DNA of 64,000 nucleotides from Dokdonella sp. (GTDB taxonomy: Bacteria; Pseudomonadota; Gammaproteobacteria; Xanthomonadales; Rhodanobacteraceae). The number at the start of each line of letters is the position of its first letter. Position 1 is the stretch's first letter. This document shows, in pieces, positions 9,404 through 17,292 of this stretch. Under the pieces are notes generated by a model. The model saw only the letters and a list, made by a program, of their open reading frames with translations, made no database searches and was not told where the DNA came from. The stretch lies in assembly GCF_016712865.1 (NCBI RefSeq), contig NZ_JADJQH010000004.1. One strand, 5' to 3'. The position numbers and the translations under genes are program-made.

Positions 9404-10385
9404 ACGGGAAGATCGACATCAGCATGGTCGGCACCGCCGGCACGAACATCAGCAGCGAGAGATAGGTCTGCGCTTCGCGGAAGGATTTTGCAAACGCAGC
9501 GGCCAATGTTTGCAGCGCGGCGATCATGGCCACCAGCGGCAGCATGGTGAGCAGGGTCAGGCTGACAAAGTGCACGCCGATTGACAGGCTCATGCCGAGC
9601 TTTTCGGTGGGCATGAACTGGCCCGCCAGCGAAAACGCAACGATGCTGAGCAGCAGGGACGTCAGTGCAAACACGCTGGTTGCGCCGAGCTTGCCGATGA
9701 GGATCTTTGAGCGCTTCACCGGGTTGGCAAACAGCGGCTCCAGGGATTGCCGTTCACGTTCGCCAGCGGTGGTATCGATGGCCAGCGCCATGCCGCCGAT
9801 GAAGGCACCGAGGATGAAAAAATAGGGCAACATCGAGAACATCATGCTGCCGCGTGATTGTGCGGTGGATTGATCGCGGGTGGCCACCACCAGGGGTTTG
9901 AGGATGGAGGGCGAAAGTCCTCGCGCCAGCACGCGCAAGGTTCCGCTGCGCTGGGCATAGGCATCGAGAATGCCCTGCAGGCGCGCTATCGATCCCTGGG
10001 CATCGCGCTGCGAGGCATCGTAGATCAGCTCCACCTGGGCCGGTTCGCCCTTGCTCCAGGATTTCGCGTAACTCTCGGGAATGCGCAGGACCAGATCGGC
10101 GTCCTGCTCGCGCACCGCGCGCTCGGGTTCGGCAATCGGTGCTTCGATGACGATGCCGTTTTGTTTCAGCATGTCGACCAGATTGGGCGCGTGTTCGGCG
10201 CCAATCACCGGCACGGGCAGTGGTTTCTCCGCCTTCTCCAGCTCGCGCGCAATCATGCCGTTGATCAGCAACACGAAGATGATCGGCGCCATCAGCGGCC
10301 CGGTCAGCAGGGTGTTGAGCACGGTGCGGCGGTCACGCAGGTTTTCGCGCACTTCCTTGAGGAAAACGATCCAGGCGGCGTTCAT
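9321..10385 (-). CDS. ABC-2 type (NatB-like) transporter permease, apparently 3'-truncated (possible pseudogene)
   Basis: N-terminal TM, large loop, then four further TM segments. NatB-like sequence stops at about nt 9404; the last ~27 codons (SRQHAVRACLGIARSPRPEFSPSIQK) are antisense of the small ORF. The expected sixth TM is absent. Confidence 0.65.
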   Translation of the reverse strand: MNAAWIVFLKEVRENLRDRRTVLNTLLTGPLMAPIIFVLLINGMIARELEKAEKPLPVPVIGAEHAPNLVDMLKQNGIVIEAPIAEPERAVREQDADLVLRIPESYAKSWSKGEPAQVELIYDASQRDAQGSIARLQGILDAYAQRSGTLRVLARGLSPSILKPLVVATRDQSTAQSRGSMMFSMLPYFFILGAFIGGMALAIDTTAGERERQSLEPLFANPVKRSKILIGKLGATSVFALTSLLLSIVAFSLAGQFMPTEKLGMSLSIGVHFVSLTLLTMLPLVAMIAALQTLAAAFAKSFREAQTYLSLLMFVPAVPTMLMSIFPFSRQHAVRACLGIARSPRPEFSPSIQK

Positions 10386-11116
10386 GCGGCAAGTCCTTCG
10401 GCAGAACCGATCACTTTGACAAAGGCATCTTCGAGGTTGTCGGTGGCGGCCTGCTCGCGCAGCTCATCCGGCGCCGCATCGGCAACCACCTTGCCGTGTG
10501 CAATGACCACGATGCGATCACACAAGGCACCGACCTCCTGCATGATGTGGCTGGAAAACAGCACGCAGCGGCCTTCGGATTTCAAATGCCGCAGGAACTC
10601 GCGCATGGCGCGGGTGGCCATGACGTCGAGGCCATTGGTCGGCTCGTCGAGAATGCAATTTTTCGGGTCGTGGACCAGGGCACGCGCGATCGCGGTCTTC
10701 ACGCGCTGGCCTTGCGAGAATCCTTCGCTGCGTCGCTCCATGATTTCGCCCATGTCGAGCGCCTTGCACAGCGCTTCGCACCGCGTGGCGATGGTGGCCT
10801 CGTCCAGGCCCTGCAGGCGACCAAAGTAGTCGATGTTTTCACGCGCGCTGAGGCGCTTGTACAGGCCACGCGCATCCGGCAGCACGCCGAGGCGTTGGCG
10901 CACGGACAAGGGATCGGCGGCCGCGTCGATGCCGTCCACCAGCACCCGGCCACGATCCGGCTGCATCAGGGTGTAGAGCATGCGCAGGGTGGTGGTCTTG
11001 CCGGCGCCATTGGGGCCGAGCAGGCCGGTGATCTCGCCGTCACGCGCAGTGAAGGAAACGCCATCGACGGCCTTAACCGCGCCGAAGGCCTTGTGCAGGT
11101 CCTGTACCTCGATCAT
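10382..11116 (-). CDS. ABC transporter ATP-binding protein (NatA-like)
   Basis: Walker A GPNGAGKTT, signature FSQGQRVK, Walker B ILDEPTNGLD. 4-nt overlaps with both neighbours. Confidence 0.9.
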   Translation of the reverse strand: MIEVQDLHKAFGAVKAVDGVSFTARDGEITGLLGPNGAGKTTTLRMLYTLMQPDRGRVLVDGIDAAADPLSVRQRLGVLPDARGLYKRLSARENIDYFGRLQGLDEATIATRCEALCKALDMGEIMERRSEGFSQGQRVKTAIARALVHDPKNCILDEPTNGLDVMATRAMREFLRHLKSEGRCVLFSSHIMQEVGALCDRIVVIAHGKVVADAAPDELREQAATDNLEDAFVKVIGSAEGLAA

Positions 11117-12654
11117 GGCGCGGCTCCGTTGAAGTCGATGAAATGCGGCACGGGTCCGAGGGCATCAACGCAGGTCGCATCGAGCGTGGTCGGGTTCAGT
11201 GCATCCATGAAGCCGGCAACCAGCTTCGGCAAGCAGCCGCGTCCGATCACGTTGTGACCCTGGCCCTTGGCGACAATCAGTTTGGCGTTGCCCAGATGCT
11301 TGATCACCGCTTCGCCGTAGCGCGGCGGCGTCACCGGATCAAGTTCACCTTCCAGCACGAGGGTGGGAATGTCGCCGCCCAACGGCGTGCGGAAGCCGGC
11401 AGGACGCTGCGCGTGCGGCCAGATGGCGCATTGTTCCTGGATGGCCTCCACCATCTGGTTGCCCAGCAGCATGTTCTGCGCCGCCGGGTCGGGCGCGATC
11501 AGATCTGCATCTTCGGCGCAGATCACCGAAAGCTGCATGGCATTGCCGATCAGGTCTTCCATGTTGCCGGTCAACAGATCGATCTGGCCGAGCAGTGGCG
11601 CATCGTTGCCACGCAGGGATTCGGCAACCACCAGCGGTATCAGGGATGCGGTTTCCGGCGAGTAGGCATACATCCTCACCAGGGCCGCCAGGCCAAACGC
11701 ATCCAGACGCTGGTCGGAACGCTGGAAGCTGACCGGGTCGGCGACGCTCAGCGTGCGCGGCGTGGCTGTCAGTTCATCGCGCAGTTTCAAAATATCCGCA
11801 TAGGGATCGGGGAATGCCTTGGTGCAGGCCGGTTGCTTTGCGCAGTAGGCAAACTGCGCCTTGAGCGCGTCATCGAGGTTGCGCGCAAACTCGCTGCCCA
11901 GCACGAGGTCATTCGGCGCAACGCTGTCGAGCACGATGCTGCGCACTCCTTCGGGATGGCGTTTGGCGTACTGCTGGGCCATGCGCGTGCCGTAGGAAAC
12001 ACCGACCAGATCGAAACGCGGCGCACCCAGCGCCTGGCGCAACTGCTCCAGATCCGCCACGGCATCGCTGCTGGTGTAGAAGCGCGGGTCGGCGCGTTCG
12101 CTCACTTCGCCAAGGCAGGCGCGCGTGGCGTCGCGCACACGCCCAAGATCGAACTCCATCGCGCTGCCCTGGTCGGCCAAGGCCTTGCATTCCAGTGGAT
12201 TGGATTTGCCGGTGCCGCGCTGATCGAGCAGCAGCACATGGCGATGCTTGCCGGCGGCATCCAGTGCAGCGGCCATTTGCGGCCAGGTGTCGACCGCCGA
12301 CTGGCCCGGGCCACCGGCGAGGAAGACGATGAAGTCGTCATCGGCGGCCTGGCTGGATGGAATCAGGGCAAGGCGCAAGTCCAGCGTGCGCGAATCCGGC
12401 TGGTCGCGGTTTTCCGGCACCTGGAACGGTGCGCAGTAGGCGGCAGTGGTGGCGGCGGAATGCTTGCGCTCGATTTCGCAACGCGTGAATTCAAGATCAC
12501 CGAAGCGGAACGACTGTGCATGCGCGGCAATGCGATACGCGCCGCTGGAGGCGGAGTGTGTCTGTGTTGTCCTGGTTTCGCCTTGCCACAGGCGGTAGCC
12601 GAGCAGGCCTGCGACCACGACGGTCGCCAGAATGATTTGATGCTTGCGCTTCAT
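11113..12654 (-). CDS. Secreted alpha/beta hydrolase (tripeptidyl aminopeptidase-like)
   Basis: ATG 12654 gives MKRKHQIILATVVVAGLLG (signal/anchor). Nucleophile elbow VGVSYGT. Conserved LVLEGELDPVTP near the C-terminus. Confidence 0.8.
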   Translation of the reverse strand: MKRKHQIILATVVVAGLLGYRLWQGETRTTQTHSASSGAYRIAAHAQSFRFGDLEFTRCEIERKHSAATTAAYCAPFQVPENRDQPDSRTLDLRLALIPSSQAADDDFIVFLAGGPGQSAVDTWPQMAAALDAAGKHRHVLLLDQRGTGKSNPLECKALADQGSAMEFDLGRVRDATRACLGEVSERADPRFYTSSDAVADLEQLRQALGAPRFDLVGVSYGTRMAQQYAKRHPEGVRSIVLDSVAPNDLVLGSEFARNLDDALKAQFAYCAKQPACTKAFPDPYADILKLRDELTATPRTLSVADPVSFQRSDQRLDAFGLAALVRMYAYSPETASLIPLVVAESLRGNDAPLLGQIDLLTGNMEDLIGNAMQLSVICAEDADLIAPDPAAQNMLLGNQMVEAIQEQCAIWPHAQRPAGFRTPLGGDIPTLVLEGELDPVTPPRYGEAVIKHLGNAKLIVAKGQGHNVIGRGCLPKLVAGFMDALNPTTLDATCVDALGPVPHFIDFNGAAP

Positions 12655-12718
12655 GGATGTTGCCTTCTGGACACGTGCATTCAATTTACTGGGAATCCCC
12701 CATCGCATGACCCATCAA

Positions 12719-12940
12719 CCGCTCGTGGTGAGATTCCATGTTGCCGGTCTACCTGCGCCGAGCAAGAAAATTCCGTTCGTGGTGAGATTCCATGTTGGCG
12801 GTCAACCAGCTCTGAGCAAAAAAATCCGTTCGTGGTGAGCCTTTCGAACCATGAGCGGCTCGTTCACTCTCCGTTCGTGGTGAGCCCAAGCCTGTCCTGA
12901 GCCTGTACCACGCACAGTCGAAGGGCGCACCACGAACGGG
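12719..12940. repeat. Cluster of family B intergenic repeats (ccgttcgtggtgag units)
   Basis: Four direct ccg(t/c)tcgtggtgag units plus an inverted caccacgaacgg, and gcctgtcctgagcc/gtcgaagggc modules. Same family as 36585-37277 and 63260-63370. Confidence 0.8.
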
Positions 12941-12976
12941 AAGGGAACGTCTCGCGACACGGGAAGGTCGATGGAA

Positions 12977-13171
12977 TCATTCGTCGGGGCTGAAAATCGA
13001 TTCAATGGAAAGTCCGAACAGCTTTGCGATGGCAAACGCCAGCGGCAGGCTGGGATCGTATTTGCCGGTCTCGATGGCATTGATGGTCTGCCGCGATACC
13101 GCCAGACGCTCGGCCAGGTCAGCCTGCGACCACTCGCGTTCGGCGCGCAGTTCGCGCAATCGGTTGTTCAT
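12977..13171 (-). CDS. XRE-family helix-turn-helix transcriptional regulator (64 aa)
   Basis: MNNRLRELRAEREWSQADLAERLAVSRQTINAIETGKYDPSL is a classic HTH_3 pattern. 4-nt overlap with the upstream membrane-protein gene. Confidence 0.9.
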   Translation of the reverse strand: MNNRLRELRAEREWSQADLAERLAVSRQTINAIETGKYDPSLPLAFAIAKLFGLSIESIFSPDE

Positions 13172-13563
13172 CGGTAGCGCCGGTGCGCCCAGGCTTGGGC
13201 CGTGAGGTAGATCCCCATCAGTACAGGCACCGAAATCAAGAGTGGCACTTCAAGCAGGCCAGCGTCATCCAGCAAACCCAAGGCAGTCAGCACCGGCACG
13301 GCTACCGCAAGGGTGAGCATGCCGGCTTCCAGTTCCATGCGCTGGCGCAGTTCATCGGTGTTGCGCACGCGGCGGAATTCCAGCAGTACGAAGCCGATGA
13401 TCAGCACTGCGGGAAGCAGCGCAGCCAGCACGCGAAACAGGGTGGAAGCACCGGAGTCCAGATGCACATCCAGCAGCATCGCCAGCACGTAGGCCAGCAT
13501 CAGCGTGGTGCTCAGCACCCAGTAGCTGCGCGTGGCACCGGCGAACCAGTAGTCCTTCCACAT
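13168..13563 (-). CDS. Small integral membrane protein co-transcribed with the XRE regulator
   Basis: 131-aa ORF with four hydrophobic segments, translationally coupled to the XRE gene. Confidence 0.7.
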   Translation of the reverse strand: MWKDYWFAGATRSYWVLSTTLMLAYVLAMLLDVHLDSGASTLFRVLAALLPAVLIIGFVLLEFRRVRNTDELRQRMELEAGMLTLAVAVPVLTALGLLDDAGLLEVPLLISVPVLMGIYLTAQAWAHRRYR

Positions 13564-13566
13564 GGC

Positions 13567-13598
13567 ATTCTCGTGTCAAGCAAACTTGACACGAGAAT
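13567..13598. promoter_or_regulatory. Perfect 14-bp inverted repeat (attctcgtgtcaag-caaa-cttgacacgagaat); candidate operator or translational hairpin
   Basis: Directly read. The repeat ends 4 nt upstream of the ATG at 13563 of the membrane-protein/XRE operon. Confidence 0.5.
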
Positions 13599-13669
13599 AG
13601 GCTGGCGCCGCCCGTATGTCAAGCGTCCTTTACATGTCATCCGTTGCGGTTTCCTGCCGCGGCCTTGCC

Positions 13670-14419
13670 TCAGCGTGAGGAAATATACTTTTCCCGTCGC
13701 ACCTGTGGCACCGGCAGGCCGATTTCCTTGAGCAGGTTGAAGGTCTCGTCGACCATGTCGGGATTGCCGCACAGGTAGGCGATGTCATTCGCGGGGTCCG
13801 GCTTCAGCGCCGCAAGCGCCACCTGCACGCGGCCGTGGATGTCACCTTCGCGCGGCACCGCCCGCGGCTGCCGACTGAAGCAGGGGTGGAAACGGAACCC
13901 AGGTGTGGTCCGCGCGAACTCGGCAAACTCATCGCCGTACAGCAACTCCGCCTCGGTGCGTGCACCGTAGATCAACTCGAAGGTGCAACCGCGCCCGGCA
14001 TGCAGTTTTGGTATCAGCGGCAACATGGCCCGATACGGCGTCACGCCGGTGCCGGTGGCAACCAGCAGGTAGCGCGCGTTCTTGTCCGCGTCGAACAGGC
14101 AGAAGCGTCCGTAGGGCCCGCTGGCCTCGACCGTGCCGCCCACCGCGAGGCCACCGAGCAATTCCGTTGCCGCACCGCCATCGACATAGGAAACGGCAAT
14201 CTCGATGGCATCAACAGGCGCACCATCCGCATTGCCCACGGTGCCGACCGAATAGCTACGCTTGGTCGGCTTGCCATCGGCATAGTGGAAATGGATCTGG
14301 ATGAACTGGCCGGGTACGAATGAAAACGGCTGGCCATCGGCGCGACGGAACACCATGTGGCGCACGGCCGGGGCAATCATGTGTGCGGAAACGAGTTGCA
14401 GGCTGTAGTGGTCGGCCAC
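13670..14419 (-). CDS. FAD-binding oxidoreductase (ferredoxin-NADP+ reductase family)
   Basis: RSYSV FAD motif, GGTVEASGPYG, LLVATGTGVTPYR NAD(P) motif, C-terminal REKYISSR. GTG start. Confidence 0.85.
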   Translation of the reverse strand: MADHYSLQLVSAHMIAPAVRHMVFRRADGQPFSFVPGQFIQIHFHYADGKPTKRSYSVGTVGNADGAPVDAIEIAVSYVDGGAATELLGGLAVGGTVEASGPYGRFCLFDADKNARYLLVATGTGVTPYRAMLPLIPKLHAGRGCTFELIYGARTEAELLYGDEFAEFARTTPGFRFHPCFSRQPRAVPREGDIHGRVQVALAALKPDPANDIAYLCGNPDMVDETFNLLKEIGLPVPQVRREKYISSR

Positions 14420-14591
14420 GGCGAAGACAGTCGATAACGGTAGCCCGTTATACTAACGCAGCCCTCTGAAGGTTCAGCGACCTGATCGAAGGATTCTTCC
14501 TTCGGTTCGGGGGAGTCAGACCCTTGGACCAGCAATGTGGTGTGGCACAATCGGAACAGGTCTCGCGCGATGGAGTACGACGGAAAAGGCG

Positions 14592-14626
14592 TCATTCTGC
14601 GCGTAGCGAAGCGAAGTCGCAGAATC
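14592..14626. repeat. Hairpin repeat (attctgcg...cgcagaat), left of the GIY-YIG gene
   Basis: tcattctgcgcgtagcgaagcgaagtcgcagaatcc. The same stem sequence recurs at 14934-14978. Confidence 0.7.
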
Positions 14627-14645
14627 CAGGATTTGCACAGACCTG

Positions 14646-14996
14646 ATGGCAATCGCCGCCTTCGTCTATATCCTTGCCAGCAAGAAGCGCGGCACCCTGT
14701 ACACAGGCGTCACGAGCAATCTGGAGCGCCGCCTGTATCAACACCGCAATCATTTTTTTAAGGGATTCACCAGCAAGTATTCAGTTACCCGACTCGTCTG
14801 GTTCAGTCAGGGCGATGACATTGCCGGCGCGATCGAACTCGAGAAGAAGATCAAGAATCGCAACAGGCAATGGAAGATCGATCTGATTGAACGGGAGAAT
14901 CCCGATTGGAATGATCTTGCCGCGAACTGGCTGGATTCTGCGACTGCGGACGCTGGCGCGTCCTTTGCGCAGAATGACGGACCAGGAGAATCATGA
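14646..14996 (+). CDS. GIY-YIG nuclease family protein (UPF0213-like)
   Basis: FVYILASKKRGTLYTGVTSNLERRLYQH...WFSQGDDIAGAIELEKKIKNRNRQWKIDLI. Visibly lower G+C than the flanks. Confidence 0.85.
   Translation: MAIAAFVYILASKKRGTLYTGVTSNLERRLYQHRNHFFKGFTSKYSVTRLVWFSQGDDIAGAIELEKKIKNRNRQWKIDLIERENPDWNDLAANWLDSATADAGASFAQNDGPGES
14934..14978. repeat. Hairpin repeat (attctgcg...cgcagaat), inside the 3' end of the GIY-YIG gene
   Basis: gattctgcgactgcggacgctggcgcgtcctttgcgcagaatgac. Encodes the LDSATADAGASFAQND tail. Confidence 0.7.
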
Positions 14997-15152
14997 GAAG
15001 GGTTGCAAGCCTGTCGCTCGGCTCGAAGCGAAGCATCATGCTGCGTGAACGCAAGTGCAATCCATTCGATTGATGCTGACGGCGGCAAAGAGCACACATG
15101 CAGCACCTGGTATCCGTTCCTGGACTGATGACTTCCCCTGACACTGATCCCC

Positions 15153-16085
15153 ATGACTACAGTTCCCGCCCTTGAAATCCGCGAGTTGCGCAAGGTCTAT
15201 GCGACCGGAGTCGAGGCGCTGAAAGGCGTTTCGCTCAGCGTGCAACCCGGCGACTTTTTTGCACTGCTCGGCCCCAATGGCGCGGGCAAGTCCACCTTGA
15301 TCGGCATCGTTTCCTCACTGGTCAACGCAAGTTCCGGCGCGGTCAAGGTGTTCGGTATCGACATCGGCACCCAGCGCGAGGCGGCCATGCGCCTGCTCGG
15401 CCTGGTGCCGCAGGAAGTCAATTTCAATTTCTTCGAGAAGCCCTTCGACATCCTGTGCAACTACGCCGGCTTCTACGGCGTGGCACGTACCGAGGCCAGG
15501 CGGCGCGCCGAGGAGGAGTTGCGCCGCGCGCAACTGTGGGAGAAGGCCTTCACCACCGCGCGCACGCTGTCCGGGGGCATGAAGCGCCGCCTGATGATTG
15601 CGCGGGCGATGATGACCAAGCCGCGCCTGCTGATCCTCGACGAACCCACTGCCGGCGTCGACATCGAAATCCGCCGCGGCATGTGGCGCATCCTGCGCGA
15701 AGTGAACGCTGCCGGTACCACGGTGATCCTGACCACGCACTATCTTGAAGAAGCCGAAAGCATGTGCCGCAACCTGGCCATCATCGATCGCGGCGAGATC
15801 ATCGAGAACGGTCCGATGAAGACCCTGCTCTCGAAGCTCGATGTCGAGGGCTTTCTGCTCGACATCGATGGCGAGCTGCCGGCGGAGTTGCCGCACATCG
15901 AAGGCATCGCCCTGCATGCCGAAGATCGCCACACCCTGGATCTGGAAATGCCACGGGCGATGCATCTGAACCAGATCTTTGCCCGACTCGACGAGGCCGG
16001 CATCCGCGTGCGCTCCATGCGCACCAAGACCAATCGCCTGGAGGAACTGTTCGTGCGCCTGACCGGTTCAAAGGAGGCCGCATGA
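15153..16085 (+). CDS. ABC transporter ATP-binding protein (ABC-2/YadG-like)
   Basis: Walker A GPNGAGKST, signature LSGGMKRR, Walker B LLILDEPTAGVD. Confidence 0.9.
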   Translation: MTTVPALEIRELRKVYATGVEALKGVSLSVQPGDFFALLGPNGAGKSTLIGIVSSLVNASSGAVKVFGIDIGTQREAAMRLLGLVPQEVNFNFFEKPFDILCNYAGFYGVARTEARRRAEEELRRAQLWEKAFTTARTLSGGMKRRLMIARAMMTKPRLLILDEPTAGVDIEIRRGMWRILREVNAAGTTVILTTHYLEEAESMCRNLAIIDRGEIIENGPMKTLLSKLDVEGFLLDIDGELPAELPHIEGIALHAEDRHTLDLEMPRAMHLNQIFARLDEAGIRVRSMRTKTNRLEELFVRLTGSKEAA

Positions 16086-16852
16086 GCCACCCCAACCTGG
16101 TTGCGCTGGCCACCATCACGCGCCGCGAAGTCACCCGCATCCTGCGCATCTGGGCGCAAACCCTGGTGCCGCCGGCGATCACCATGACCCTGTACTTCCT
16201 CATTTTCGGCAATCTCATCGGCAGCCGCATCGGTGACATGGGTGGCTACACCTACATGGATTTCATCGTGCCGGGGCTGGTCATGATGGCGGTGATCCAG
16301 AACAGCTACGGCAACATCTCGTCCAGTTTCTTCGGCGCCAAGTTTGGCCGGCACATCGAGGAAATGCTGGTCAGCCCGATGCCGAACTGGGTGATCCTCG
16401 GCGGCTATGTGGCCGGCGCCGTGCTGCGCGGACTGATGGTTGGCGTGATCGTGCTCGGCATTGCCATGCTGTTCACCCGCGTGCGCGTGCCGCATCCGTT
16501 CATCACCCTGGCGACGGTGCTGCTGGGTGCCACCATTTTTTCGCTGGCCGGTTTCATCAACGCGGTGTTTGCCAAGAAGTTCGATGACGTCGCCATCGTG
16601 CCGACTTTCATCCTCACCCCGTTGACCTATCTCGGCGGCGTGTTCTATTCCGTCGATCTGCTGCCGCAATGGGCGAGCACCATGACCCACGCGAATCCGA
16701 TCTTCTACATGGTCAACGCCTTCCGCTTCGGCCTGCTCAACGACAGCGACGTGTCGATGACCCTCGCATTCGGCCTCATGCTCGGCTTCGTCGTCGCGTT
16801 CAGCGCCTTCGGCTTGTGGCTGCTCAAACGCGGCATCGGATTGCGTAGCTAG
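16082..16852 (+). CDS. ABC-2 type transporter permease (YadH-like)
   Basis: ATG 16082 overlaps the ATPase stop (ATGA). Six hydrophobic segments. MSHPNLVALATITRREVTRILRIWAQTLVPP. Confidence 0.88.
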   Translation: MSHPNLVALATITRREVTRILRIWAQTLVPPAITMTLYFLIFGNLIGSRIGDMGGYTYMDFIVPGLVMMAVIQNSYGNISSSFFGAKFGRHIEEMLVSPMPNWVILGGYVAGAVLRGLMVGVIVLGIAMLFTRVRVPHPFITLATVLLGATIFSLAGFINAVFAKKFDDVAIVPTFILTPLTYLGGVFYSVDLLPQWASTMTHANPIFYMVNAFRFGLLNDSDVSMTLAFGLMLGFVVAFSAFGLWLLKRGIGLRS

Positions 16853-17292
16853 CTTGAACCCGGATTGAGCATCACCGCGGCGCGGCCGCTGGCGATTTCA
16901 TTGCCGGCATGTTCGATGCGGAATGCATATTGCCAACTCGACTCGCCACCGAGCAGGCGTTCGCCGAATACATCCAGCGATCCGTCGAGATCGTCGATGC
17001 GGGCCAGGCCGAGCTTGACTGCGCGCAGGGAAACCAGGAATCCCGGTGCGGCACGCTGCCCTTGCGCACGCGCCAGCAAGGCCCCGTGCACGGCCATGGA
17101 CTGCGCGCCGTATTCACACAGGTGCACCGCACGCAGGATGCCGTCGCTGCGCAGGGGATTGTCCGTACTGCGGTGCGAGTCGGTGCGCGCATGGATGCGC
17201 TGATCGCTCCACTCGATCACGCAGTCCAGCAGGCACATGCCGCCTTGGTGCGGAATCAGATGAGCCCAATCGGATTTGGGCAGCGGTTTCAT
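16849..17292 (-). CDS. Hotdog-fold dehydratase of the aryl-polyene (APE) cluster type
   Basis: 147 aa. IPHQGGMCLLDCVIEWSD...RAVHLCEYGAQSMAVHG pattern. 4-nt overlap with the MMPL gene upstream. Confidence 0.7.
   Translation of the reverse strand: MKPLPKSDWAHLIPHQGGMCLLDCVIEWSDQRIHARTDSHRSTDNPLRSDGILRAVHLCEYGAQSMAVHGALLARAQGQRAAPGFLVSLRAVKLGLARIDDLDGSLDVFGERLLGGESSWQYAFRIEHAGNEIASGRAAVMLNPGSS

Noticed and set aside
12719-12940. Possible CRISPR array, because of the regularly recurring ccgttcgtggtgag units (also at 36585-37277).
   Set aside because: The units are short (~14 nt core), irregularly spaced, occur in both orientations and are embedded in larger repeated modules. There is no leader and there are no cas genes. 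They are REP/MITE-type repeats, not CRISPR.
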